The notes under the pieces are model-generated. The model saw nothing but the letters and a program-made list of their open reading frames with translations. It was not told the DNA's origin and ran no database searches. From the NCBI GenBank assembly GCA_025558095.1, contig JAIVFI010000011.1, positions 434,001-498,000 on the forward strand: 64,000 nucleotides of DNA, in the 5' to 3' direction. The DNA is from Hyaloraphidium curvatum SAG 235-1 (Eukaryota > Fungi > Monoblepharomycota). The position numbers and the translations under genes were made by a program. Below, one piece after another: positions 52,495-63,780 of this stretch. Each line of letters starts with the position of its first letter. Position 1 is the stretch's first letter.

Positions 52495-52564
52495 TTGGTG
52501 GTCTGCGCGGTGACTTCTCAGAACCGCAAGAACCAACTCTTGTTCGAATTCAGACGCGCCAGCC

Positions 52565-53567
52565 ATGCTCACCGCGAGCGAGGAGGTCGCCGTGCCCGCC
52601 GAAACGGCGGCGTCCATGGAGGACGTCGCCGAGGCCTCGTCGGCCGCACCTGGGGAGCCGGCGGACGCGACGGAAACGGACACCGAGGGAATCAACCTGA
52701 GCGTTTACGCCGAGGTGGAGACCATTGGCCGAGCACAAGGGCTGAAGAAGGCCGCGGGACACGCTCTGGAGCAAACGTTGAAGAAGTGCAGGTCTGTTTT
52801 GGCGGGAATCTTGCGGCGGTCCGTCCTTCACCGAAAGGAACCTCAGCGCGGAGGAGGTCGCGAAGTGCTTCCCATGGCTGGCAAAGCAGTCACCGGAGGC
52901 TCTGGAGGAGAAAGTGGCGGAAATTCGAGAGGGTATCAGACTGCGGACCATGGTTTGTTGGTTCTTTGTCAGTCTGTCGCTGGCTCTGAGTGGAGTTTGC
53001 GGCGGCGCGGCACAGGACGAGTTCAACCGCATTGTCGACAGCAGAGATCTTATTCGGAAGCTGGAAGAGCTGGACCAGATGGTTGACCGGGCTATTGAGA
53101 GGCAAACAGAGGGGGCAACCGCGCAACCACACAGGTCAAGGGCGGACGGGTGAACGTCGTTGTCCCCAACCTGATCGAAGCTTCCACGCAGAATAGCACC
53201 GGATTCGGCGATTCGTGCGTCTTGCGTCCCGCTCAAGCGGATTGAAGCCGAGCGACTACGGAATCAGATTCTTGAGGTGTGTGTCCTTCCACCAGTAGGT
53301 AGCATCCAAGCTAACCACGTCTTTTATAGATGGAGGCCACAAACAAAGGCTTGATCAACGAGGTGAACGAGGCAGAGGCATTTTTGAAGGAGACGCAGGA
53401 GGAGTTCGAATTGGTCCGAGGGCAAATCTCTCAGGTTGGTAACGATGGTGGGAGTTGGGTTGAAGTTAAACTTATCCGCGGTTTCGCAGCTCGTGGATGC
53501 TCTGCAGTCCGTCGATACCGGCAAGATGCAGAACTTGATTGAGGAACTCACGGGGACCACGGAATGA
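52565..53567 (+). CDS. NNF1: Kinetochore MIND/Mis12 complex subunit Nnf1/PMF1
   Basis: ALEQTLKKC|SAEEVAKCFPWLA...|DEFNRIVDSRDLIRKLEELDQMV, followed by a coiled-coil C-terminus. Confidence 0.75.
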
Positions 53568-53629
53568 GGAAACACGTTTTATTTGGTATTGCGTCACCAA
53601 TTGTGACAACGAGTGAAGACATAATCAAA

Positions 53630-56600
53630 TCAATCAATCGCAAACATCATCCCTTGGACGAGGTCGTCCTCCGTGGCGCCTTCTAGGGTATCCAGCATGT
53701 CCCTGGCTGTGTAGCGGTCATCCGGCTTGGGCGACAGCGCCCGAAACAACGTGGACGTCCACAAACGCGAGCTCCCGTGTCCGGCGAGAAGCGCGCTCAT
53801 ACGGTCGACCCCGACGCCGGGGAAAGTCGCGCGAATCGCTTCCTCAAAGATTGTCCGCATAGGACGCTTGTCACTGAAGCGGCACGTCGGGAACAAGACG
53901 TTGAACAACGTGCCACCCCACTGGTACATGTCCACCGCTTGCCCGTCGACGACGATGATAGGTATGTCCTTGGACACATCCTTGGCCACTGCCACGGCCT
54001 GCACAGCTTTCCGCCGTGTCTCCGGCGGTCGCTTGTCGTCGTGGCCGAACCGCTTCCTCGTGCGCACGATCGAGGAATCGAGCTCGGCCTCGGATGGCGA
54101 TTCCTCGCCAAAATTGGACAGGTAAGCTGCATGAGACCCGCGGTCCGTGGTCCGTGCAGCACCGAAGTCAATCAAGATCCAGTCGTTCTTCCTCGCGCCG
54201 GGATTGTGCCGGAGCATCACGTTCGACTCGTCCAGATCAAAGTGGAAAATGCGCAAGTCGTGGAGATCCTGCAGAGCGCGCGTGATGTCCTTGACGCCCT
54301 GCACCACCTCCCGAAGCTCATTTTGCGTGAAGAACGGATGCATGTTCGGCCCGGGCTTGTGGCGGCCATGCTCACAAGCCTGGATGACAGTCAGCGTAAG
54401 CCGCAAGTGAGGTGGAAGGAAACCTACGTCGTTCAGAAAGTGCCGCAACGACTGCCTGTACTCGGGAAGGACGAGACCAACGATGCCGTTGTCGCTGCCG
54501 AGGATGATTTGAATCGGAGCAACCGAAGGGATGTGCTGACCCGCAAGCTGACACAGGGCCTCCTTGACCTTCAGGCATGTAGGCCGCCCGGTCACATCCG
54601 CAACAAGCCTCTTCACCACCCATTTGCTCTTGGTGCTATTGTGTCGGAAGATGTCCGTCTTGTCAATCCTTCTCCTCATGTCAAAATCGCCAAGCGTGAA
54701 ATCTTTGGACACAGCTGAAAGGGAGAAGGCGTTAAGAGAAGATATTGTCACCGGAGGACGCAAACGAGATCACCTTTTGCTATCTGCAGCAAGCCCAAGC
54801 GTAAGTGCTCATTCTTCTCGGGGTCATCGTCCGGGTACGTAGCCGGCTCCTCAGGGGGAGCCTGAAGCCGAGGTGAAATCGCCGCCACAGCTGCCTGAGG
54901 GTCCTTCTTCTCCCGTTGAGCGGATGAAGCAGCCGCAGTCCGCGGCTGCGCCGGGACGGCCGGCGATGCCTCTGTGAGCACCGAGGCCGCACGTGCTCGC
55001 GGAGCTGCAGGGACGGGCAGCGGGGCATCGGGAAACAAGAGCCGAAGCACGTTGTTCCGGGAGAGCTTGCTCGCCGTCAAGGCCGGGAGCTTGTTGACGA
55101 GCTTCTGGTCCGCCGGACCAACTAGAATGCTCTTGCATTCGCCGATCCCCACCCAGAACCGGCTGGCAAATAGGCCGCCCAGCTCAAGCGTGAGGCGCTA
55201 AGGCGGCGGTATCAGCAGTCACGAGGATGGACGGGACGCTGAACTCACATCGGAGCAAAGATGAAGGAATGCAACGTCAAAGACCACGTCGTTGCCTTTC
55301 GATTGTCGTTCGAGGAGGAGGAAAAGTGGATTCTTTTCGTAATCCCTGCAGCGATTCGTGTGAAAAGGCACCCAGTTTGATTTCAAGTTACCCACTTGCA
55401 GGTCTTGATGATTCTGAAGGGATTTGAACTATCCCCCGGCTTGACCACCAGCGGAAAGACCCCAGTGCTTGATTGCGCAGAGGACCCAGAGTCGCAACGC
55501 AGCTTTACTGCCCTCACGAGGGGCGACATGCAACGCTTGATCCCGCCAGAATCCTCCGAGTCGTAGCGCACTAGCACGGGATCGCATCTTGAAACAGAAT
55601 GATTAGACACGAATGGACGCGCTCGGGCTCTTGACTATACTTCGATGTTCCGTCGCCAAGAAGCTGGCCGAACGTACCCTTGGTCCTTGTGAGCTCCGCA
55701 CGGGTCGATTGCCAGACGCCTAGAGCCTTTCCGTAGGTGCTACCTTCCTTTGCATAGTCGGCGGGGTCATGAAGCGCTTCGAAGTAAGCCCTTGTCGGGG
55801 CGTCGATGTCCTCGTCGTCTGCAGAGTCGCCTCTCTGGCGCTTCAGCGGGGGCGGACGCGGTGGTGCTTCCGACACCGATGTGTCGTCATCTCCGCCACT
55901 GGAGCCATGCCGATCCCCCTTGCGCTTCCGCCCGAATGTCCTTCGGCGGATGACCGGCGCGGTCGGGGTTCGAGCTCTCCAGGCAGGTCCGTACTCGCTG
56001 TCCTCCTCCGATGACGACGAATCCTCCGTTCCGGCGCCCTCCGAATGCACCTTGTCCGCGCCACTGCCCTCAGTCACTCCGTCCCCGGCGTCGCCTTCCA
56101 TCGGATCCCAGTCCTGTAGTCCCAGACCGACAACGGATGCCGCCGGTGCCTGGTCCTCCTCAGTCGCCGGCTGTCCCAAGTGGTCCCTTTCATCGTCAGT
56201 CCTCCATTCTGCCACGTCTTCTTTCTCGCCCTCCTCTTCCTCGGTCGGTTCGTCCTCTTCGGCGGCCCCGTCGCCGCTCAGCGAATTCGCTTGGTCGCCA
56301 CTCGCTTCACTCCTGCCATCTTCGTCCTCGGACGGCACGTGCCTTTCGGCTGCCAGTCCAAGAAAAGGCTTCGACGCTTGCGAGAAATCGAGTCCCAGAA
56401 CAGACGCCCCGATGTTTAGGTCCTTTTGGCGCAGTGGGGAGGCAGAACTCTTCGGTGTTCCCTTCGCAGGGGTCCCGCAAGACTGGCTTCCGGGGCCCGA
56501 GTTTCGAAGCAAGGCACTGAAAGAAGGGGACGGGAGGGGAGAAGAACCCGGCTCCGAGTCCGACTCTGGCCAGTCCGCATTGGCCGGCCCGTCCCCCGGG

Positions 56601-56878
56601 AACTGGTCCGAGTCGGAGCTCTCCAAATCGGGCGCTCGAGTCTCCGGCTGCTCGCGCTCCTCCTCCGAGTCACTTTCCAGCTTCACCGTGACGCCGTCCA
56701 CAGGTTCATTGCCGTTGCCGGAAGCGCGAGGGTTTCCCGGACCGTGGGCCCGAGCAGCTTCGGCAATCGCGCGGAGCGGAGAGGTCAACCCGTGAACCCG
56801 CGCGGGACCCTCGTAGGTAATCTGCACGTCGTCCTCATCGTCCGGATTGTCCGTCGCGCCCGTCAGGTCCAAACCCAT
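53630..56878 (-). CDS. Divergent protein kinase with long acidic disordered N-terminus (joins ORFs 55571-56878, 55383-55610, 54748-55152 and 53630-54763 by splicing)
   Basis: Kinase motifs WVVKRL, HFDLDESN, LIDFGAA, RPPE, VDMYQWG, PDDRYTA. Plausible GT-AG introns link the upstream ORFs; the 5'-most junction is uncertain. Confidence 0.7.
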
Positions 56879-57036
56879 GAGAGTATTAATGGAACCGAAG
56901 GGGGACCATGGGCCCGATCACGCGCAACGCCGCCACGACTCTTTTCGACCGCGTCGTGCCGATCCACGCCTCGATGAGCGCGCTCGGAGACCGCTACGTT
57001 GCGCCCTAGGATTGTTTCTGTGGTCAGGAGGTCGCG

Positions 57037-60000
57037 ATGGACTTCGGGGAGGCGTTGAAGGCCGTCGCCGCGGCGAGTTCCCAGCTTCAGGTTCGATTTG
57101 CTTCCGCCATCGTGCGACCCGGCAACCCCATAACCGCCTTCCTTGGGGCCTCAATCAGCAACCGGCCACACGCTCGCATGCCGAGCAGGTTTTGCTCGCG
57201 TTCCGTCGCGCGCCCAACGTCCTGCCGGTGTGCCGGTACATCCTGGACCACACGGAGGACTCGGGCATCCAGTTCCAGGTCGGCCTGGCCATTCGGGAGG
57301 CGGCGGTGCGGGAATATGCGCTGTTGGGCCCGGAAGAGCTCGATGGCCTCCAGTCATATCTCTTGGGCTACGTTTACGAGCGGCCGACGTGGGTCCCGAA
57401 GTAAAGGGGAGTCGCGCGAGCCTGACGGTCTTTTGGGCACCTTCCAGGCTAGAGAAGTACGTGAGGGACACTCTGTTCTCCTGCATTACTGTCATCATCA
57501 AGCGGGGTTGGCTCGATGACTCGGAGGAGAAACGGCAGGCCATCCTCCACCGGATCACGGACCTCCTCAACGGGGACTTGTACGGGGTTGGTCTGGGCGA
57601 CTCCTCATCGCGCTGCGTGGCTGACGACCGTTGCCCAGAAACGCCTTTCCTTGGGCCTGCTTCACGCCTTGCTGGGAGAGTTTTCTTCGGAGAAAAGTTC
57701 TTCGGTCGGGCTGACGTGGGACTTTCACAACCGGTGCAAGGCCGCGTTCGAGAAGGAGGAGCTGCGGCATGTCTTCGATATTGCTCTTCAGGTTGTGCGC
57801 GCAGCGTTGGGGTCCGACTCCTGGTGGTATCCGTACGCGGACGGCCAGAACCTGGTTGGTTCTGCGCTGGCGGCGCTCGCTGCTTGCCTTTCGTGGGACT
57901 TTTCCAAAAAGGACACTGCCCTTGGGACCACGATTTCGAAGCGGCCGCAGGAGATTGACGAGGTCGTTGGCACTCCGGACTTCCCCGAGACATGGAGGGA
58001 CGTCCTCGTTCGTCCTGACGTGCTCGACGCGTTCTTTACGGTGGGAGCTTCGGTTCTGCGGAATCGCCATACGGCGCCTAAACTCGATGCACAGGCCTAC
58101 AACAAGTTTTCGGAAAACGAAGATTTCCTCGGCAAGTGCGAGGAGTGCCTCATTGAGCTTTCGGGGCTGAGGGGCCGGGTGTTTGGCGACGAGGGCAGCC
58201 GAAAGGCCTACGCGGAGCACTTTATGAAGAGCATGCTTCCGCTCTTGTCGAGGTGGGCGTCTTGCTCCCTCGGACGCCTGGCCATGCCTCATTTGGCATT
58301 CAACAGCTACATCGCCTCGTCGTCGACCGACCGCGATGACCTTGGTCCCGTGCTGCTGGCTCAGTCGCAGATGATCAAGCGCTTCCTGAGCACGTTCAAA
58401 TTGCCGCTCCTGCACGACCTCCCGAGCTTCCTGCCTTTTCTGCAACACGCTGGCCGCCTCACCGAGATTTCGCTGAAGAACATGGTGGACATGAACGAAG
58501 ACACCTGGGACGAGGAGGCGTTTGATGAGCTGCTGGCAACTTGGTCCACTCTCGGTGAGCTGATTCCATCGATTCTGCATGACGCCGCTGACATATTTGC
58601 GCCGTAGTCTCGGACACTGTCTCACTGGAACTGTCGTCCACGGACACGGGAACGACGGGCGTATCTTTTGATCCCGCCGCTTTCCTCACTGTACTCCGCG
58701 ATGTGGCAGTGACCATGTTCACACAGTACGTCGACACGAGGCTGCAGATCGCAACACGGAACGTCGACGATGATGTTCTGGAGGGGGCTTACAAGGACTA
58801 CGACGCCTACTGTGACCAGCTTGTCAGCCTTTCCATGCTTGCACGGCTCGATTCCCAGCACAGCATCTCCACCATTCACGGGCAACTCCTTGCTCGCCTC
58901 AACATGCTCAAGCAGTGGTTTTCCGCTCCGAATCAAGACCGTAAGCCTTGTGCCATTGCTGATTGCCAGCACTGTTCTGAGCGGTTTCCACAGCCATGTA
59001 CCTCTCCGCCATCCACGAGCACACTCATTGGCTCATTCTCATATGCTCCTTCCTACTCGCGGACACCGGGCGCGCCGAGAAACCGCTCCTTCCGGACGAG
59101 CTGCTGCGGCTCGCTGCTGCAGAAGACGGGCGGTCGGCCCTGTCGCCCGAAACCGACTCGGTCGGTGCCCTCGCCAAGCTCGTCTTTGACGTACTGGACT
59201 ACACCTGCGTGGATCCGAACGACGTTCGTGCCCATGACCTCAGCCCGACGGTTGCGGAGACGTCCATGTTCTTCCTTTCCCGCTGGATCACGACCTACCT
59301 CTTTATCGAGGCATCCGACTACCGGAATCTGCCGTGGGTATGCTGGGGGGAGCTAGCCGCTCCAATCTAATGCTTCGGCTGGATTCAGGCACACCTTTAT
59401 TGCTTCGTATGGTCGTCCGGATCACGGAGGCGGCGGGGGCCACGTTCTGGAGTTCATCCTCGATATCATGCTGCGGACCTTCCGCCTGTGGTCGGCCGAG
59501 CCTGACGTTCTCATCCAGGCCATCACGGTGCTGGAGAGCTTTTCGAAGAACAAGTTCCTGGAGAACGCGGCCCTGATGTCGCCGAAGTTCCGCGAACTAG
59601 TTTCTTTCTTCCTCGGGAACCTTGCCAACCTCCCGGAGGACACGCATGCCCTTCTCATCGAAACGGTGGCGAGGATCGTGTCCGGGGCCCCGGACGAGAA
59701 CCTGCGCAGCACGTACCTCGAGAGCCTCGGTCAGGCCATCGATGTGGGTCTCTCTTGGACGCCGGTCCGCCTGGAACTTACTTCATTCCGAATCAAAAAC
59801 AGAAACGGCTGCAGCAAGTCCTTGGCAGACCGGACTTCCAAGCGGTCTACCAGCAGCCGGACGTCCTGTCAGACGTCGACAGCGTGCTGGAGATGTTTAC
59901 AGGCCTGGCGCTCGCAGCCGACCCTTCCAACTCGAAGCAGATCTTCAAGTTCTGTTCGGGCTACCTGCCATCGTTCGTCAAGCTTTTCAACATCTACGCC

Positions 60001-61081
60001 ACCCGCGCCGAAGTGATCGTCGTCATCCTCCAATTCTACGAGTCCTTCGTTCGCAACCAGGCAAGTCGCCTTGGCTGCAATTCCGCGAATGAACCCTGAC
60101 GGCTGGCGAACAGGACTTTGAGCAGCTGACCCCGGAGGACAAGCAGCTCGTCTACTCCTCGGTCATCGACATCCTCAAGGTCTACGCTGCGCACAATGCT
60201 GGGAAGAAGTCCGGCGTCGACCGCTCGTCCGAGGACGAGGCGCACCAGGACGTCTCGGCAATGCTCGAGATACTCACCAACCTCATGGCCGCCGAGTTCC
60301 AGGGCTTGGCAAAGGACGAGCTTTCCGAGCGGAAGGGCGCCGCCGCCAAGGCCAAGGAAGGAAGCGTGGACGTCGCCGACGTTGTCTACTACGGCGTCAA
60401 CATCGTACTTCCGCTCATCACGGACGACATGCTCAAATATCCCCGCTTGTGCCGGCTCTATACGCACCTCACGTCGGATCTCCTCGAGTTCTTCCCCGAG
60501 AAGCTCGCACAGCTGCCGCCCGAGCTCCTGGGGAGCCTCCTCAAGACCCTCAACTACGGCATCGAGAGCACCCTTCCAGAAGTCGCCGAAACCACGTATG
60601 CCGCGATTACGGCGCTGGCGGTGTACGTGAAGGCGACCGAGTCGGCATCGCCGGCCTCGGTCTCTTTCCTGCTGCCGCACATCGATGGGTTGCTGCAGCT
60701 CGTCCTCAACCTCCTCCTCCTCCGGGACTTTGATCCCGAGCTCGTCGATTGCGCGGGCGAAGCGCTCTTGGCTTTGGTTTACTGCAGACACGTTGGTCCT
60801 TGCGCGCTGCTCGTGCTTCGCTCATTCCTGACTAGGCGTTTCTTCAGGGAACCTATACCCAGATGATTACCAGCATCGTTTCTCCTCAACCCCCGGCGGC
60901 GCAGGCTCGCCTTATGGGTGGTTTCGCGAAGCTCGGGACGGCAATGGAGCGCGCGCTTGCTCGGGCCAACCCCGGTGACGCGAGCGGCGGACTTGGTATT
61001 CCCAACAAGGCTTTCGGGGAATACCTGCGCGTGTTCGAGGCCGTCCTGGCGGAGGCCCGTGGGCTTTTGCGGGTCAAATGA
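57037..61081 (+). CDS. XPO4: Exportin-4-like importin-beta family protein
   Basis: AEQVLLAFRRAPNVLPVCRYIL, VIIKRGW, VGLTWDFHNRCKAAFE, VVYYGVNIVLPLITDDMLKYPRLCRLY. Confidence 0.88.
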
Positions 61082-61136
61082 TCGGCTGCAGAATCGTATT
61101 TCGATCCAGAATACGATCGGCATCGTTGGCCCGTGG

Positions 61137-62503
61137 CTATTCCCCGTCCAGATACGCCCCTTCCTCGGCTTCCGCTTCCGCGAGAGCCTCCTCGATCGCG
61201 CCTTCTTCACCGGCGCCGTCATCGTAAAAGACCTCGTCCTGGTTCGCCTCCGCCTGCATGTCCTGCTCTTCCCTTCGCGCCTCCTCGGCGCTTCTCTGTT
61301 GTTCGCCGCTCTCACCTCGCGGTTCGCTGCTCGCCCGCTCCTGGCGGTCGTCGCGGAAATCGCCGGCTTCCTGCACACGCTCCTCGTCCCGCATGTCGTC
61401 GGCACGGTCGTCGTCCTCCCGCGGAGCACCCTCGGCGTTCTCCCCATCTGCGCCAAACTCGTAGTCCGGTTCCCCCTCGTCGCCCTCCCTCTCGTCCTCC
61501 CCTTCGCCGGCATCGTGGTACGTCCCCTCGTTTTCGCGGAACTCCCCGCCGTCCCTCGCGTCCCGGTATTCCCCTTCGTTCCGGTTGTACTCCTCGCCGC
61601 CGTCCGACCCGTAACGGTATCCGCCCTCGCCTTCGTAGTACGGCTCGGGCTCCGGTTCCTCGGTCTGCGTCCCGGCGTCGGCCACGAGCGACGACCGCGG
61701 TCCGAACCGGCGGCGGTACCAACGCAGCTCCGCGCGGGCGTTGTAGAGGTGCGGCTGGAGGGTTTCGAGATCCGCGTCCAAGTCCACTATGAGCGAGTTG
61801 GCGTCTGCAGCCCCACCAGGACAAACGAGTAAATAATTCGTGGTCAAAAGCCATGAGCGGAGGTAGATGAACCCACCGACAAGGCCCTGCTTGGCCTCGG
61901 CGGCGATTTTCTTCGCCAATCCGAGCTCCACCTCCAGCGCCTCCATCCTCCCCCCGTAGACCAGCTTCCCCAGTTCCTCGTTCTCGCTCTGCACGGCCTT
62001 CAGCTTCCCGATGAGCCGCTTCCCCACGATTCCCTGGGGAGTAAACTCCCGCGCGGCCAGCTCCTCAGTGAGCCGCGCGATTTTTGCGTCCTTTTCCGCG
62101 AGCTGCGCGCGCATCGCGACGTGCAGCGTCAGAAGCGCCGGGTCCAGCAGCTTCGAGGTCAAATTTGTCGAATCCGGGTGCAAGAGAGGCGCGAGCGACT
62201 GCAGCTCCGACTGTACGACGCGTCAGACGCGTCCCCTCCGCGGGCCTCCCGACGCACCAGCAGGTTCTGCACCTCGGCCTCCTTCCTGCTCAGACGGATC
62301 AGCAGGTTCGCCTCCCTGCCCTGGTACTGCTTCTTGAGCGCCGCGATTTCGCGCCGCAGCTCTTCGGCGTCGGCGGGACTGCCCGGCGCGGCCTTGGGCG
62401 TCGTCGCCTGCGCGGGCGTCGGCGCGGCGCGCTTCGCGGGGCCGCCGGGCTGCGGCGGGTCGGCAGGCCGCTTGAACGCCGCCGGCGCGGGCGCGGACGC
62501 CAT
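61137..62503 (-). CDS. WTAP: WTAP/Mum2/FIP37 m6A-methyltransferase complex subunit, with acidic tail
   Basis: REANLLIRLSRKEAEVQNL, LLDPA, EELAAREFTPQGIVGKRLIGKLKAVQSENEELGK, GRMEALEVELGL. Confidence 0.88.
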
Positions 62504-62617
62504 GATGCGGGCGGGTCGTGGTCCGAAGGGTGGCCGGGAACCGCCACCACCTGCCTTCCACCAAATTGGTGTGTGCGCTTAGAACATCTCTCCTCTTCCT
62601 CTCCCCCACCACGGTAG

Positions 62618-63599
62618 GAAAGAGCGCGGGACTTTCGCTCTCGAATTCGGCGAAGAAGAACTGTTAATATTTCGGATCCCGGACCTTTGCTGCCTTTGTC
62701 AGAGGTGTGGTCGGCCCGGATGCTCGTCGCGATGCACAGGACGACGCTCGTAGGGAGAAAGCACAGTCGTTGATGAAGCGGACTAGGACTAGGACATTGC
62801 AGTTTTGTAGTCGAGATGCAGGCCGGCGATGCAAGGGTGGATGGGCGCGTCCTAATTGGAAGTGGCGAACTGGCTGGATGACGGCGCCGCAATCCAGCCA
62901 ATCAGCAGACGCTGCTATGGAAATCAGCGGACGCTGCTATGGAGTCAGGAATGGTTCCACCATCTGTAGACTAGATTTGGACTGGCGCCGGAGATGGAGC
63001 GGGTGCTCGACGAGGCTGATCGCGCAGCAGGGGCAGAACAGGCGGCCGCAGAGGAGCAGGCACAGCAAGGCGGACCAGCAGCTGATGGGCAGCACGAGGA
63101 GGACAAGGAGCGCGCGCGGCGCGAGCAGCGCAACGCCTTCATCGCCGGCAAGGTCAAGGAGGCGGTCGAGAGCCTCAGGGCTGAGCTTGCCGACGGCCGC
63201 AAGGAGCACTACAACCCGATCGTGCTCATCGGCGACGGCGGCCATGGCGGGCGAACCCCGGATCCTGACTCCCTCGCCGGGTTCCTGATGCGGCTGTTCC
63301 TCGTGATCTTGCTCGTTGAGTGGGGCACTTCTCAGGTAGGCTGGAGCGTTCTGCACCTGCGTGACTTTGGCTGACGCATTTCCCAGCGCTGCCCTTCGTG
63401 CTATTCGCAGCTACTCCCTACCGATTACCTCCACATCAAGCTCTGCCCCTCGTGCCCCGGGCATGACAGTACCGGGAAACTTAAGGTCGAGAAGAACGTT
63501 TCGGCGACTCTATGCTTTTATCGAATCTTTCTACACATCCTGGCAACGGGCACGCGGCCTCCGGCCTTCCGTGACCCGACTGCCAAACTCAATACCTGA
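62618..63599 (+). pseudogene. Degenerate Fanzor (eukaryotic TnpB-like RNA-guided RuvC nuclease) remnant with a spliceosomal intron at 63336-63386
   Basis: The spliced product reads PIVLIGDG...FLVILLVEWGTSQ|RCPSC-x14-CPSC...VEKNVSATLCFYRIFLHILATGTRPPAFR, i.e. RuvC-II Glu, Cys4 zinc finger, RuvC-III region and an RP-x-x-F tail. A candidate RuvC-I (TVNISDPG) lies at about 62660-62683 in another frame. Confidence 0.75.
62900..62943 (+). repeat. 22-bp tandem duplication
   Basis: AATCAGCAGACGCTGCTATGGA followed by AATCAGCGGACGCTGCTATGGA (1 mismatch). Confidence 0.9.
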
Positions 63600-63780
63600 C
63601 AAACGAACCAGGTACTTTAGCTGAATGCGTGAGTGCACTGTGGTCGTGCATCGTGGATAGTTTACTCATGCGATAAGCTGTTTCGTGGAATTTGGTGTCC
63701 ACCGTTGTGTTTGGTGGCGGTTCCCGGATTCCGTAGGTCCGAACGATTCACGACCTGCTGCCAGCCAGCAGGCATCAGCG
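63600..63780 (+). ncRNA. Candidate Fanzor omega-RNA scaffold (structured non-coding segment)
   Basis: Nested stems ACGAA/TTCGT, AGCT/AGCT, GCGTGAGT/ACTCATGC and TGCAC/GTGCA, plus hairpins CCACC/GGTGG, CGGATT/GGTCCG and CCTGCTG/CAGCAGG, directly after the Fanzor-like stop. Confidence 0.4.

Noticed and set aside
62707-63356. ORFs 62707-63288 (+) and 62937-63356 (-) as independent genes
   Set aside because: They overlap the Fanzor-like frame and lack motifs of their own; better explained as a frameshifted remnant and an antisense shadow.
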